DNA of 64,000 nucleotides, taken from assembly GCF_902652985.1 (NCBI RefSeq), contig NC_047019.1, positions 34,038,001-34,102,000 of the forward strand. Direction: 5' to 3'. This document shows positions 1 through 15,351 of this stretch, piece by piece. Position numbers and translations under genes: made by a program. How positions within the stretch are numbered: position 1 is the first letter of the stretch; each line of letters opens with the position of its first letter. Below the pieces are notes generated by a model. It was not told the DNA's origin. It did not search any database and saw only the letters and a list, made by a program, of their open reading frames with translations. Source of the DNA: Pecten maximus. Its lineage: Eukaryota.

Positions 1-19
1 GCAAATAGAAAATACGTGT

Positions 20-910
20 CCATATACACGATGTGGTTTTATTTATGATACTGTTTATGTATGTGATATATTATACACGATGTTGTGTTTATAATGTTGT
101 TTATGTAGATACAGAGATGTGTCATTGCTGGGTCTGTGAGATATTACACACGATGTTGTTGTGTTTATGATGTTGTTTATGTAGATACAGAGGTATGTCA
201 TTGCTGGGTCTGTGAGATATTATACACGATGTTGTTGTGTTTATGATACTGTTTGTGTAGACACAGGGGTATGTCATTGCTGGGTCTGTGAGATATTATA
301 CACGATGTTGTTGTGTTTATGATGTTGTTTATGTAGACACAGGGGTATGTCATTGCTGGGTCTGTGAGATACTAAACACGATGTTGTTGTGCTTATGATG
401 TTGTTTATGTAGACACAGAGGTATGTCATTGCTGGGTCTGTGAGATATTACACACGATGTTGTTGTGTTTATGATGTTGTTTATGTAGATACAGAGGTGT
501 GTCATTGCTAGGTATGTGAGATATTACACACGATGTTGTGTTTATAATGTTGTTTATGTAGACACAGAGGTGTGTCATTGCTGGGTCTGTGAGATATTAC
601 ACACGATGTTGTTGTGTTTATGATGTTGTTTATGTAGACACAGGGGTGTGTCATTGCTGGGTCTGTGAGATATTACACACGATGTTGTGTTTATGATGTT
701 GTTTATGTAGACACAGGGGTACGTCATTGCTGGGTCTGTGAGATATTAAACACGATGTTGTTTTGTTTATGATGCTGTTTATGTAGACACAGAGGTATGT
801 CATTGCTGGGTCTGTGAGATATTACACACGATGTTGTTGTGTTTATGATGTTGTTTATGTAGACACAGAAGTATGGCATTGCTAGGTCTGTGAGATATCA
901 CACACGGTGT
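20..910. repeat. Minisatellite, 76-bp unit (73-bp variants), ~11-12 copies
   Basis: gtcattgctgggtctgtgagatatt recurs at 121, 197, 273 etc. (76-bp period). Confidence 0.95.
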
Positions 911-2299
911 CGTATTAAAAACAATGGAATTGTATGCCAATTGTTTTATTTTATTACTTTAATATTTATTGATATATTGAGAATGGATATTGTAAGAAGC
1001 TATAAATACATTCAATACGTAGATACCTTGTGTTACAGCGAAATGTAAACCGTGATATAACATTTCTCTCTGATAGGTAATTTAAGTCATAATACATAAC
1101 ATATTCCTTGTCTATTTCTACGCTAGTAACGATATATTTGTTATTTAATATGTCTATACCGGTAGAAAGGATAATATAAGTATAGACCTGGCTTTAATGA
1201 GTTCCGGATAAAAGCCATTCACATTGACTTAATGATACTTCTCCTCATCGCTAACCCCGGTAATTAACAGTCGCTACCCGCACACAAAGGAAATCAACAC
1301 AGGTCTAACGTCAACCTGTACTCGCGTGCAATCAAGGGCTGAAATCGATAGTATATATATCTTGATACGTGACTTTTTGACCTGTCACCTAACACTTAAT
1401 CCTGTATATTTGGTTTTAAATTACTCCCAGATCTAGATGACATATATTTATCCACGTCTAACTAAACGATCGCAGTATAATTTCACGTGACATGTAATCA
1501 GGTGATTAACACATCATAGGCAATAGAAGCATGTACTATGTGGTTAGCAAATTATATATATGTAACTGTAATACACAGTGATGAGTGGGTAACGCAACAT
1601 TAAATCACAAACTTATAATAATATAAACACGGGAAATCCACATAATTTACCAATAAGGAAGGTTCTTACTCTTCTAAGTACTTATATTTCCCTATATTGA
1701 TACTAAGATACTAAAACGCTATACTATTTATCATATTAAGCTGACTATGCTATATATAATTAAGGTGTGTGCACGAGGGTATGGTTTAGTGGTGAACGAC
1801 AACAGCATGACACGTATTTGAACCAATAACGTCGTGCATCATCCTTTTTATTTGTTCTAGTGCTGTCTAGCTTTTAGCCAATTTTACAATGCAAAGTGTG
1901 GCAGGTAAATACTGCATTGCAACGGTACTCTCTTTAATTAGTAAAGAAAATAGTTTATAGGATTAAAACATGTGTATAACATGCTTGAATTATGTTTTTT
2001 CTTACACGGTTGGGAGAGGTTCTCATATGTCAATGTACCTCGTACGAGAATTTTATAAGAGAACATCCAAGTGTGAAATAGAAAATGTTATAGGTTTTAG
2101 AAGACATCAAAATTGAAAAAAAAATACGGTGAAGAATTTAGAAATGTATCTTTTAGCCGATCCCAAATAATCACCGTGCGATAAATAATACTGTTAAAGC
2201 CTAAATAACTTTCTTTTAGTAGAAAATAAATTATCAGAAAAGACTGAGATGACTGTTCCCAATGATATAATTTTTCCAACACCTTCTTCGTACGCATGT

Positions 2300-2850
2300 T
2301 CGCAATACACCTGGTCCATAGAGGTTGTCTCTAGACCTACAGGAGATATTTACAATACTCTTGGTCCATAGAGGCTGGCTCTAGACCTACAGGAGATATT
2401 TACACTACTCTTGGTCCATAGAGGTTGGCTCTAGACCTACAGGAGATATTTACAATACTCTTGGTCCATAGAGGCTGGCTCTAGACCTACAGGAGATATT
2501 TACAATACTCTTGGTCCATAGAGGTTGGCTCTAGACCTACAGGAGATATTTACAATACTCTTGGTCCATAGAGGTTGGTTCTAGACATACAGGAGATATT
2601 TACAATACTCTTGGTCCATAGAGGTTGGCTCTAGACCTACAGGAGATATTTACAATACTCTTGGTCCATAGAGGTTGGTTCTAGACCTACAGGAGATATT
2701 TACAATACTCTTGGTCCATAGAGGTTGGTTCTAGACCTACAGGGTATACTTACAATACCCCTGGTCCATAAAGGCTCTCCCTAGAGCTACTTGTGATATT
2801 CATAATATACCTAGTCTATTTGGTTGTCTTAGATCTACGTGCGATATTTA
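2300..2850. repeat. Minisatellite, 50-bp unit, ~10-11 copies
   Basis: ttggtccatagaggttggctctagacctacaggagatatttacaatactc repeated every 50 bp from 2311 to 2761, with degenerate edges. Confidence 0.95.
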
Positions 2851-4346
2851 ATAACGACAAACGGGTTCGTGGTGTATAGGGAGTAAGAAACTTCGAGTGT
2901 TGTTTATGACGTATACTTAATGAAATGCATCTGGATGAGTATTGTATTATTTATGATACTTCGAAGAGAACGATCAGTTGAAGCCTTCGCAATTGTTCCT
3001 ATATATTCAGTTGAAAACAAGATATTTTAAAACGTTATATACGGTAGTAGAAAACAATATCACGAATTTCAATCCGACATATACCTGTAATATCTGTTGC
3101 TATGGAATGGAATTATTAAGATATGTTAAATAAATGACAAACTTTTCTGTATATCAATTTGAAATGGACACAAAAGGTTAAAACCCTTTAAATTAGAAGA
3201 TTAGTCTCTCTTATGAGTTTAATTATAGATACTTCATAACACTAAACTGTTATCAAAAGACTATACAGTATTTCCATGACTCTATAATGATCCACGTTAA
3301 CAATGTTGACAGCAATAATATCAGACAGTAACTGTGATTTATGCAGCCGATTCTGTTAGGAGTTTTACGTCTAAGAAACTGCAAATGTCAAATAGAGACA
3401 CTTTCATTGGATGATAGATTCACTAATTTGTTATAGTGCCTCATTCTGAACTGATCTGGACACGATGACAATCTGTTTACATAGATGATTGGTCCATCAT
3501 TTATGATGATGGGATTACTCATTTACTATAGTGCTATCAACCTGAAATGATCGGGATAGGATGACGATCTGTTTACATTGGATGGTGGGTTCTCTCATGT
3601 GTTATAGTGCTATCACCAAATCATTAGATATATGTTTACAAAATATGTTATTTATGTAGAAGTATTATGATACATATATATAATCGTATAATTATATTGG
3701 AAGTCAGTCACCTACATTGAAATAACATTTAGACATCGAAATATGATACCGGGCAAATTCCAGACCAAAGTTTATAATTACAAGTATTCTAGTTGTTTCC
3801 AAGATAATATCACAGCGCAGTTAGATTAATGAATTATTTGATTTGAGTCAAATTTGGAAAACATAGAGCTTTTAATTTCTACTGTGTCGTATCATCGATA
3901 AAACGATAATACCTTTTCCTCATAGATGCCGGCTTAATTTGAATTAATTCTGTCGCTTGTTCCCGTGCAATTTTTCAAACTTTTTTTTCTGTCACGACAA
4001 ATCCCCCCTGCACCATTTGCAGTTAACCAAGGGATCATATCATAATTCATTATGTTCCAAATAATTAAGGTACGGTCCATTACTTCTTCCATTTGTTCTA
4101 AAAGCATTAGTGTTATGATACATTAGTAAGCATTTCCTGAATAATTCTCACATAGATATTCAAAGTGAATATAAATTTATGTGAGTATTTTAAACTGCCA
4201 TAACAAAAGGATCAACAAAAAAGAGGACAAATATGTTTTACAGATAGGATACCAATCTTTTTGTCCGCAAACGTTCTCAGATCTTTTTTATTGACGTTAT
4301 ATTTTCATGCGTCAGAAATAATTTGAATAAAATGTATAAGTCCCAT

Positions 4347-5205
4347 AAATGTATCTCACTGATACCACACACTATAACCTCGGATGAGAGTGTTTTAAAT
4401 GTATCTCACTGATACCACACTCTATAACCTCGGATGAGAGTGTATTAAATGTATCTCACTGATACCACACTCTATAACCTCGGATGAGAGTGTATTAAAT
4501 GTATCTCACTGATACCTCACTCTATAACCTCGGATGAGAGTGTATTAAATGTATCTCACTGATACCTCACTCTATAACCTCGGATGAGAGTGTATTAAAT
4601 GTATCTCACTGATACCTCACTCTATAACCTCGGATGAGAGTGTATTAAATGTATCTCACTTGCACCACACTCTATAACCTCGGATGAGAGTGTATTAAAT
4701 GTCTCTCACTGATACCTCACTCTATAACCTCGGATGAGAGTGTATTAAATGTATCTCACTGATACCTCACTCTATAACCTCGGATGAGAGTTATAAAACG
4801 TATCTCACTAATAACTTACTCTTTAACCTCGGATGAGAGTGTATTAAATGTATCTCACTGATACCACACTCTATAACCTCGGATGAGAGTCTATTAAATG
4901 TGTCTCACTGATATAACACTCTATAACCTCGGATGAGAGTTATAAAATGTATCTCACTGATACCTCACTCTATAACCTCGGGTGAGAATGTATTAATGTA
5001 TAAATATATCTCAATGATACCACACTATAACCTCGGATGAGAGTGTATGAAATGTATCTCACTGATACCTCACTCTATAACCTCGGGTGAGAATTATAAA
5101 ACGTTTCTCACTGATACCTCACTCTATAACCTCGGGTGAGAGTTATAAAATGTATCTCACTGATAACTTACTCTATAACGTCGGTTGGGAGTGTATTAGA
5201 TGTAT
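4347..5205. repeat. Minisatellite, 50-bp unit unrelated to the previous one, ~17 copies
   Basis: aaatgtatctcactgataccacactctataacctcggatgagagtgtatt repeated at a 49-50 bp period. Confidence 0.95.
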
Positions 5206-7329
5206 CATAGTCAAAGAACTGGCACCATTCATATTTAATGAAGATGATAGGACTGATAATTTCCTTTAATCTTTGTATATCAGGAACGGCGCTTGATAAA
5301 AGTAAAATGTCTCGCACACACCTGAGCAAACTCAGAAATAGGACATGAATTCTTCATGCTTACTGTACATGTGATGTCGCCAATTTCAATCACTAATACT
5401 ATCATTTGGTACAGTAAGACTGTTGAAGAGACGTATAAGGAACAGTAAAAGACATACCTGTGGACCAATCATCAAAGCATCACCATCCATCATTCAACCA
5501 GTACGGCACCATTAATGACGAGATTTGATTGACAGTGATGCTTGCGTGGGGTTTGTCTTTTTTACATCTCCCAGGTGTGACCTACATAATCGGGTATGCA
5601 CCCTTTCACCTGTGAGAGATGTCGCCTGATAGTCGCCTATAAATCCTTGTTCAATACCAGAAACGTCAAGCGTCTGGTACCGGTGGTGACTGCCAACCAA
5701 ACTGTGGGTTTTTTCAACGTCACTGATATGCAAAGCCAAAGCCAGTGTTAGCATAAGTCGCGGTCGCTACTAAAAGTCCACAGGGAACTGACTTTAACCA
5801 TTACATTGATGGTATAAGTAAACATATGTGTCGCCGTTATGCCTAGTGAAGTCACTGCCTCTATCTCGTCACGAGTTTATAACAGCTCTCTCCCTGACCG
5901 CTAACATCGTCTAACCTGTATGTATAGTACTATAAGTATACACATCTGAAGAGGATAGGTAAACACATCGATTTTTTGTCTTTGTTTTGCATTGGTTAGT
6001 CCTTCGTTATCCCCACATGATATGATTAACACACCAAACATCCAGTGTATCCTGGTAATTAGGCAACAAAGACCATGCAGCACGGAACACCACAGGACAG
6101 GTTAATCCAGGTATTACCTGTCGACGGTACGGGTAGGCTTCACCTGTTACCCTACAATCATATATCCTAGCCTATCAAGCTACGTAAATGTTTCATTCTC
6201 ACCTGGCAGCGCTGACTAGGATTTCCTTCTAAGCTTTTCAGCACGAATTCTCTAAACGTCATACACTGCACCACAATGGTATACCCATATGATTAAATAT
6301 TGATAAGTTATTTCTGGTATCCCAGGGCACAAAGAAACAACGGCTTTATCTGTTCATCTATAAATTGAAGGAGAAAAAATTATAGTCGTGAAGTTATGAT
6401 TAATGTATTAGATATGTACTAATAAACGTTTCGTTTTGACAAAAATAACTTATGTATTCTCAATGGAGTATGTTTTGTAAAGTAAAACTACGAAATCAGT
6501 CTAAAATGGACGCTTTGTTTATAAGATATTCATAGTTGTAAGTCCATCATAAATTAACAATGTAAAGTAAGTCTGTTATTTCCGGTATCCTAGGACACAC
6601 AGAAAATAAATCGGGTGCATAATACTAGTACTACTTGACCATGGTCAGCCATTTGTACAGGAGGAATATTGTAGTGTTATAAGATGTAACAGACATTTGA
6701 TAAGTCTTTTAAAGCTTAGGTCATTCGAAGATTTCAGATAGTATTCGGAGTGTTTCCAGTTTTATTATTTTCTATATATGTATCGGGCACTGCGAATTTT
6801 AACATTTTAATATATACATGAATCTGAGAGCTCTGGCGACTGCCAACTAAACTAATCACTTGACATCTCCAGTAACGTCAAGGTCCCACTGGGGATCAGC
6901 GGCGATGTGGAGACTCACTGATACTTTGGGGATGCCGTATAATGAAAATATTTCGCGGAAGTTCAAGGAAGCATTTCCTTGCTGTTTTAACGACAAAATG
7001 TCGGGAACATATCGGGAAAACCAATTGATTTAAGCAACCTCTCGATGGCCCACATGGCTCGCGACGCTCCCGGAGATTCCTTTTTGTACCTGTTCCAAAG
7101 CCTTTCCTAGACTCATCAATTTCCATCGGGAGTACATCACTGAGGCAACTGTGGGGCTGAGCAATAAAGCAGGGATATGTTCTGATGCGTATTGATTAAT
7201 TAAATGTTCAACGAAAGCTTACTTGTATTGCCATAATCAAAAATCGAGGAATAACATGTTGAAATACCAAAAAGTACCATATATTTGTCAGTAACCGCTG
7301 AAAAAAAATTAACAACTTTATCGCCCAAA

Positions 7330-10300
7330 ATAAACAATGCTATTGATAAGCATAAACAATGTTTTCAACAAACGTTAACAATGCTATCACCACACACAAA
7401 CAATGTTATCACCAAGCATAACATTGTTATGAACAAACATAAATAAAGTTATCATCAAAGATAAACAATGTTCTCACCAAGAATAAACAATGTTGTCAAC
7501 TAACATAAACAATGGTGTCACCAAACAAAAACAATGTTATCACCAAACACAAACAATGTTGTCACCAAACATAAACAATGTTATCACCAAACACACACAA
7601 TGTTATCACCAAACACAAACAATGTTATCACCAAACACAAACAATGTTATCACCAAACATAAAAAATATCATCACCAAACATAAACAATGTTGTCACCAA
7701 ACATAAACAATGTTATCACCAAACATAAACAATGTTATCACCAAACATAAACAATGTTATCACCAAACATAAACAATGTTCTCACCAAGCACAAACAATG
7801 TTATCACCAAACATAAACAATGTTGTCACCAAACATAAACAATGTTGTCACCAAACACACACAATGTCATCACCAAACATAAACAATGTTGTCACCAAAC
7901 ATAAACAATGTTATCACCAAACACACACAATGTTGTCACCAAACACACACAATGTTATCACCAAGCACAAACAATGTTCTCACCAAACACAAACAATGTT
8001 ATCACCAAACATAAACAATGTTGTTACCACACATAAACAATGTTATCACCAAACATAAACAATGTTATCACCAAACATAAACAATGTTATCACCAAACAT
8101 AAACAATGTTGTCACCAAACACACACAATGTTATCACCAAGCACAAACAATGTTCTCACCAAACACAAACAATGTTATCACCAAACATAAACAATGTTGT
8201 TACCACACATAAACAATGTTATCACCAAACATAAACAATGTTATCACCAAACATAAACAATGTTATCACCAAACACACACAATGTTATCACCAAACACAC
8301 ACAATGTTATCACCAAACACAAACAATGTTATCACCAAACACACACAATGTTATCACCAAACACACACAATGTTATCACCAAACATAAACAATGTTATCA
8401 CCAAACATAAACAATGTTGTCACCAAACACAAACAATGTTATCACCAAACACACACAATGTTATCACCAAACACACACAATGTTATCACCAAACATAAAC
8501 AATGTTATCACCAAACACACACAATGTTATCACCAAACACAAACAATGTTATCACCAAACACACACAATGTTATCACCAAACACACACAATGTTATCACC
8601 AAACATAAACAATGTTATCACCAAACATAAACAATGTTGTCACCAAACACAAACAATGTTATCACCAAACACACACAATGTTATCACCAAACACACACAA
8701 TGTAATCACCAAACATAAACAATGTTATCACCAAACACAAACAATGTTATCACCAAACACAAACAATGTCATCACCAAACATAAACAATGTTATCACCAA
8801 ACATAAACAATGTTATCACCAAACACAAACAATGTTATCACCAAACACACACAATAGTATCACCAAACATAAACAATGTTATCACCAAACATAAACAATG
8901 TTATCACCAAACACAAACAATGTTATCACCAAACACACACAATAGTATCACCAAACATAAACAATGTTATCACCAAACACACACAATGTTATCACCAAAC
9001 ATAAACAATGTTATCACCAAACACACACAATGTTATCACCAAACACAAACAATGTTATCACCAAACACAAACAATGTTATCACCAAACATAAACAATATC
9101 ATCACCAAACACACACAATGTTATCACCAAACACAAACAATGTTGTCACCAAATATAAACAATGGTGTCACCAAACATAAACAATGTTATCACCAAACAC
9201 ACACAATGTTGTCACCAAATATAAACAATGGTGTCACCAAAGATAAACAATGGTGTCACCAAACACAAACAATGTTGTCACCAAATATAAACAATGGTGT
9301 CACCAAACATAAACAATGTTGTCACCAAACACACACAATGTTATCACCAAACACACACAATGTTATCACCAAACACAAACAATGTTATCACCAAACACAA
9401 ACAATGTTATCACCAAACATAAACAATGTTATCACCAAACACAAACAATGTTATCACCAAACATAAACAATGTTATCACCAAACACACACAATTTTATCA
9501 CCAAACACACACAATGTTATCACCAAACACAAACAATGTTATCACCAAACACACACAATGTTATCACCAAACAGTAAACATAAACAATGTTATCACCAAA
9601 CACACACAATGTTATCACCAAACATAAACAATGTTATCACCAAACATAAACAATGTTATCACCAAACATAAACAATGTTATCACCAAACACAAACAATGT
9701 TATCACCAAGCACAAACAATGTTATCACCAAACATAAACAATGTTATCACCAAACACAAACAATGTTATCACCAAACACAAACAATGTTATCACCAAACA
9801 CAAACAATGTTATCACCAAACACAAACAATGTTATCACCAAACACAAACAATGTTATCACCAAACACACACAATGTTATCACCAAACACAAACAATGTTA
9901 TCACCAAACATAAACAATGTTATCACCAAACACAAACAATGTTATCACCAAACATAAACAATGTTATCACCAAACACACACAATGTTATCACCAAACACA
10001 CACAATGTTATCACCAAACACACACAATGTTATCACCAAACACACACAATGTTATCACCAAACACAAACAATGTTGTCACCAAACACACACAATGTTATC
10101 ACCAAACACAAACAATGTTATCACCAAACACAAACAATGTTATCACCAAACACACACAATGTTATCACCAAACACACACAATGTTATCACCAAACACACA
10201 CAATGTTATCACCAAACACACACAATGTTATCACCAAACATAAACAATGGTGTCACCAAACATAAACAATGTTATCACCAAACACACACAATGTTATCAC

Positions 10301-11830
10301 CAAACACAAACAATGTTATCACCAAACACAAACAATGTGATCACCAAACACACACAATGTTATCACCAAACACAAACAATGTTATCACCAAACACACACA
10401 ATGTTATCACCAAACACACACAATGTTATCACCAAACATAAACAATGTTATCACCAAACATAAACAATGTTATCACCAAACACAAACAATGTTATCACCA
10501 AACACAAACAATGTTATCACCAAACACACACAATGTTATCACCAAACATAAACAATGTTATCACCAAACATAAACAATGTTATCACCAAACACACACAAT
10601 GTTATCACCAAACACAAACAATGTTATCACCAAACATAAACAATGTTATCACCAAACACAAACAATGTTGTCACCAAACACACACAATGTTATCACCAAA
10701 CACACACAATGTTATCACCAAACATAAACAATGTTATCACCAAACACACACAATGTTATCACCAAACACAAACAATGTTATCACCAAACATAAACAATGT
10801 TATCACCAAACATAAACAATGTTATCACCAAACACAAACAATGTTATCACCAAGCACAAACAATGTTATCACCAAACATAAACAATGTTATCACCAAACA
10901 TAAACAATGTTATCACCAAACATAAACAATGTTATCACCAAACACAAACAATGTTATCACCAAGCACAAACAATGTTATCACCAAACATAAACAATGTTA
11001 TCACCAAGCACAAACAATGTTATCACCAAACATAAATAAAGTTATCATCAAAGATAAACAATGTTATCACCAAACACAAACAATGTTATCACCAAACACA
11101 AACAATGTTATCACCAAACATAAATAAAGTTATCACCAAACATAAACAATGTTATCACCAAGCACAAACAATGTTCTCACCAAGAATAAACAATGTTATC
11201 ACCAAACATAAACAATGTTATCACCAAACATAAACAATGTTATCACCAAACATAAACAATGTTATCACCAAACATAAACAATGTTATCACCAAACATAAA
11301 TAAAGTGATCACCAAACATAAACAATGTTATCACCAAGCATAAACAATGTTATCACCAAACACACACAATGTTATCACCAAACACACACAATGTTATCAC
11401 CAAACATAAACAATGTTCTCACCAAGAATAAACAATGTTATCACCAAACATAAACAATGTTATCACCCAAACACAAACAATGTTATCACCAAACACAAAC
11501 AATGTTATCACCAAACACAAACAATGTTATCACCAAACACAAACAATGTTATCACCAAACACAAACAATGTTATCACCAAACACAAACAATGTTATCACC
11601 AAACACACACAATGTTATCACCAAACACAAACAATGTTATCACCAAACACAAACAATGTTATCACCAAACACAAACAATGTTATCACCAAACACAAACAA
11701 TGTTATCACCAAACACAAACAATGTTATCACCAAACACAAACAATGTTATCACCAAACATAAACAATGTTGTCACCAAACATAAACAATGTTGTCACCAA
11801 ACATAAACAATGTTATCACCAAACATAAAA
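7330..11830. repeat. Large 22-bp satellite array, ~200 copies
   Basis: Unit aaacaatgttatcaccaaacat with cat-aaac / cac-aaac / cac-acac variants; degenerate at the left edge. Confidence 0.98.
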
Positions 11831-14439
11831 AATATATTTTTTATAAATATAACAACAAAGGTAAACATACCCACCAACCATGTATATGGTGTTGATATAT
11901 ACGGATGAGAGCCCGTCGGTAAGTTGTATCGTGTCCTAATCATATGCCGTTTATTTGGTCGTAAGAAAGATAATATTTATATCGAGATAAATACAACCGT
12001 TTTAACTTTACATAATACCAGATTTATGTAAAACTTTATGAATGCACACTGGATTATTTGATGTATTATATTGCTGATATTTTAAGAGAAATTACACGAA
12101 GAATCAGGGCAATGCAATAATCAATAAAACTATTTAAAAAAACATCGTACGCTTCTCTAATCATACGGTCATAATCTCCAATTATCATACATATTTCATA
12201 TTTTAAAAGTGTTAAAATAAAGGGTTCGATATTCAGATATAATGACCTACCTGTATAGCGATCCCCACACTTTAAGTATGTTGTTCTAGCGCAGGTTAAT
12301 CAAAATGTCACCATTTGATTCACAATATGAACGTAATTTTATCGACAAGATTTTCAAGGCTTATGTACAAGATAGCAGCGTAATGTTGTAATGTTCTGTA
12401 TGTAATTACAGCGGTTTCCGTGATGGATGCCCAACGTGTTATAAACTCAGTCGATACGGAGTAGCGTGACGTCATTGTGTTTCTCACTCTCTCACACGGC
12501 GAGTCATTAATGTATGACGCCAAGATCACTGTGCTCGGTGTGTTACGCTTCACATATATTGATAATGAACTCTGGCTTAACCATTCATAAATATTCATAT
12601 CTTTAATTAGACACAATGCTATACTTTTCAAGGTCATATCATTTAACGGTATTAACGAAATATTAAATCCAGGTACACAATTAATTGCTCAGATGTATGA
12701 CGCCTCGATATAAGAAATTTATTTATTTTATGATGCACATATAATTAATTTTTACATTGTGATTATTGGAACACTCGAATTAAGTATTGATAGGGTTTAA
12801 AAAACAATAGTCTTTTGTATTATATGATATCTTTTTGATCCCCAACCTACAGAGGTGTATAACAATCCCATAAACTTTCTGGATTCAATATCATGCGAAC
12901 ATGTTTATTTGTTGTTATTTATTGCTATTTATGGGAGAATTCAACACAAAACACAGGAAAGAAATGAACAGAATTATGTGTCATATGTACTGTGAAATTA
13001 CATTTTAAAATCATATGTAAAAAGTGTCATAGATTCTTGAATTCAAATACATAAACAAAATCATTCTTACTTTAACTATCAGCAAGGAAAATGTAATGAA
13101 AAAACGAAAGGGCAATAACTCTTACATAAAGTGTTGAACCAAAACGCCTTTCATGAAAACGCGATCTGCATATTATTATTATTCCTTCCAACTTTCAGAG
13201 ATCTTTTCAAAACTTAAAGAAATCTCTTGACTAACAAAAGTTTACATCAGATGGACGAACTGACAAAGTCTAGTCATATTGACACTTTAAAACAATGTTA
13301 TTCATTGATCGACGCATGCACAGACGAACGAATGCATAAAGTAATTTGTAGCCCCTTTCAGAAGTAAGGTTATTATAATTCCATGGGTTGTAGTCGAATC
13401 AAACGGGTTAGTGATGGTTAGTGATGGAAGGGAGATAATTCGCGTAATTGTCTTCCAAACATAATTATAGGTGGCATTATTCGTGTATTGAGTATTAAAC
13501 TTTGTCAGATTTCGTCCATCTGTTGAAAAAAATCTCTGAAACTCACAATAGTTGGTCACCAGAGATGTGACCATTCTATTACTGTTCCCTGGCTCTGACT
13601 TTCTCTCTGTCTGTCTCCCGTTTGTGGTAACGCCATGTTTGCCAGTACATTTCACAGGTACATCTTTTTTATTTGATTAAAGTTTCATCTTTTGTCATTA
13701 CATTAAAACAGTGCTATCACCTGAAAAATTACGTCGAAACACGTATAAGTCACGGATTCCACTCTCAATTCGCACTGTTACATCGGTTATAAATAGGAAT
13801 ATTACTTGTCTGCGCTGTGTGACTCTATAGACCAATCTGTACTACGTCATAAAGACAAGACATCAGTTTGCCAGCCCAGCCCGTATAGCCAAATGGCGTG
13901 TCATACTGTTATATCACTATTTAGTGGGTTGGCATTATCTAAATGGCTTATTTTTGTAAATATCGTCCTCACCTGACCATAGAAATGATAAAAAACGTAA
14001 GTCAATATGACCACTTCTCTTTTCTTTTACCTGCCCATTTCAGTTTAACTGTCCTCAAGGATAAAGTTATATCGGACCAAAACCTTTGGAAATAAACTTT
14101 AAAAACTTCAAAAGTTACAAACTGATTGAATAGTTCACATCTCCAAGTGATAGAAGCACTCTACGAAGCTATGGCAACACACAATTTATAATTTCAAACC
14201 AAATATCTATGGTGGCATATTTCTGCCATCGATTTGATTTATTCATTCACTTTATTTTGAATTTATTTTTCCCATTTCGAAACTCCAAATAATATATCGC
14301 CATCATAGTATCATTAACACTAGGTAAACCAAATATTAGGGCATATATGTATTATCATTTACATAAGATTAAATGTTACCAAAAAAAAGAAAACAAAGCT
14401 CTAGAAAGAAATTAAACGATAATGATATGTGCTGCATTG

Positions 14440-14851
14440 GGACCAGCAGATAAATCATCGTCTCTAAGTTCTATAAATAGGAACAACAGGTAAATCATCT
14501 CTCATTTCTCTCAATAGGAACACAGGTAAATCATCATCTCTACAACTGTCACCTTTATGGGAACAACAGGTAAATCATCGTCTCTCAGTCCTCTCAATAG
14601 GAACAATAGGTACATCATCGTCTCTCGGTCCTCTTAATAGGAACAACAGGTAAATCATCGTCTCTCAGTCATCTCAATAGGAACAATAGGTAAATCATCG
14701 TCTCTCAGTCATCTCAATAGGAACAACAGGTACATCATCGTCTCTCGGTCCTCTTAATAGGAACAACAAGTAAATCATCGTCTCTCAGTCATCTCAATAG
14801 GAACAATAGGTACATCATCGTCTCTCGGTCCTCTTAATAGGAACAACAAGT
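14440..14851. repeat. Minisatellite, 40-bp unit with 120-bp higher-order periodicity, truncated by the gap
   Basis: gaacaacaggtaaatcatcgtctctcagtcatctcaatag repeats; the variant unit tacatcatcgtctctcggtcctcttaatag recurs at 14611, 14731, 14811. Confidence 0.9.
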
Positions 14852-15351
14852 NNNNNNNNNNNNNNNNNNNNNNNNNNNNNNNNNNNNNNNNNNNNNNNNN
14901 NNNNNNNNNNNNNNNNNNNNNNNNNNNNNNNNNNNNNNNNNNNNNNNNNNNNNNNNNNNNNNNNNNNNNNNNNNNNNNNNNNNNNNNNNNNNNNNNNNNN
15001 NNNNNNNNNNNNNNNNNNNNNNNNNNNNNNNNNNNNNNNNNNNNNNNNNNNNNNNNNNNNNNNNNNNNNNNNNNNNNNNNNNNNNNNNNNNNNNNNNNNN
15101 NNNNNNNNNNNNNNNNNNNNNNNNNNNNNNNNNNNNNNNNNNNNNNNNNNNNNNNNNNNNNNNNNNNNNNNNNNNNNNNNNNNNNNNNNNNNNNNNNNNN
15201 NNNNNNNNNNNNNNNNNNNNNNNNNNNNNNNNNNNNNNNNNNNNNNNNNNNNNNNNNNNNNNNNNNNNNNNNNNNNNNNNNNNNNNNNNNNNNNNNNNNN
15301 NNNNNNNNNNNNNNNNNNNNNNNNNNNNNNNNNNNNNNNNNNNNNNNNNNN
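14852..15351. other. Assembly gap (exactly 500 N, scaffold join)
   Basis: Run of N; the round length implies a placeholder of unknown true size. Confidence 0.99.

Noticed and set aside
2300-5205. CRISPR-like regular repeats with small internal hairpins
   Set aside because: Head-to-tail units without unique spacers, no cas genes, eukaryotic context.
5530-5613. GPCR TM6-like peptide VTYIIGYAPFHL
   Set aside because: Immediately followed by a stop codon, with no other helices nearby.
7490-11806. Dozens of repetitive ORFs (MLSPNTNNVITKHKQCYHQT...)
   Set aside because: Translation of a 22-bp satellite; the same peptide appears in all three frames and stops follow the cat-aaa variant.
14560-14851. 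ag-GAACAACAG-gtaaat 9-nt microexon array in the 40-bp repeat
   Set aside because: The implied introns of 31 nt are too short.
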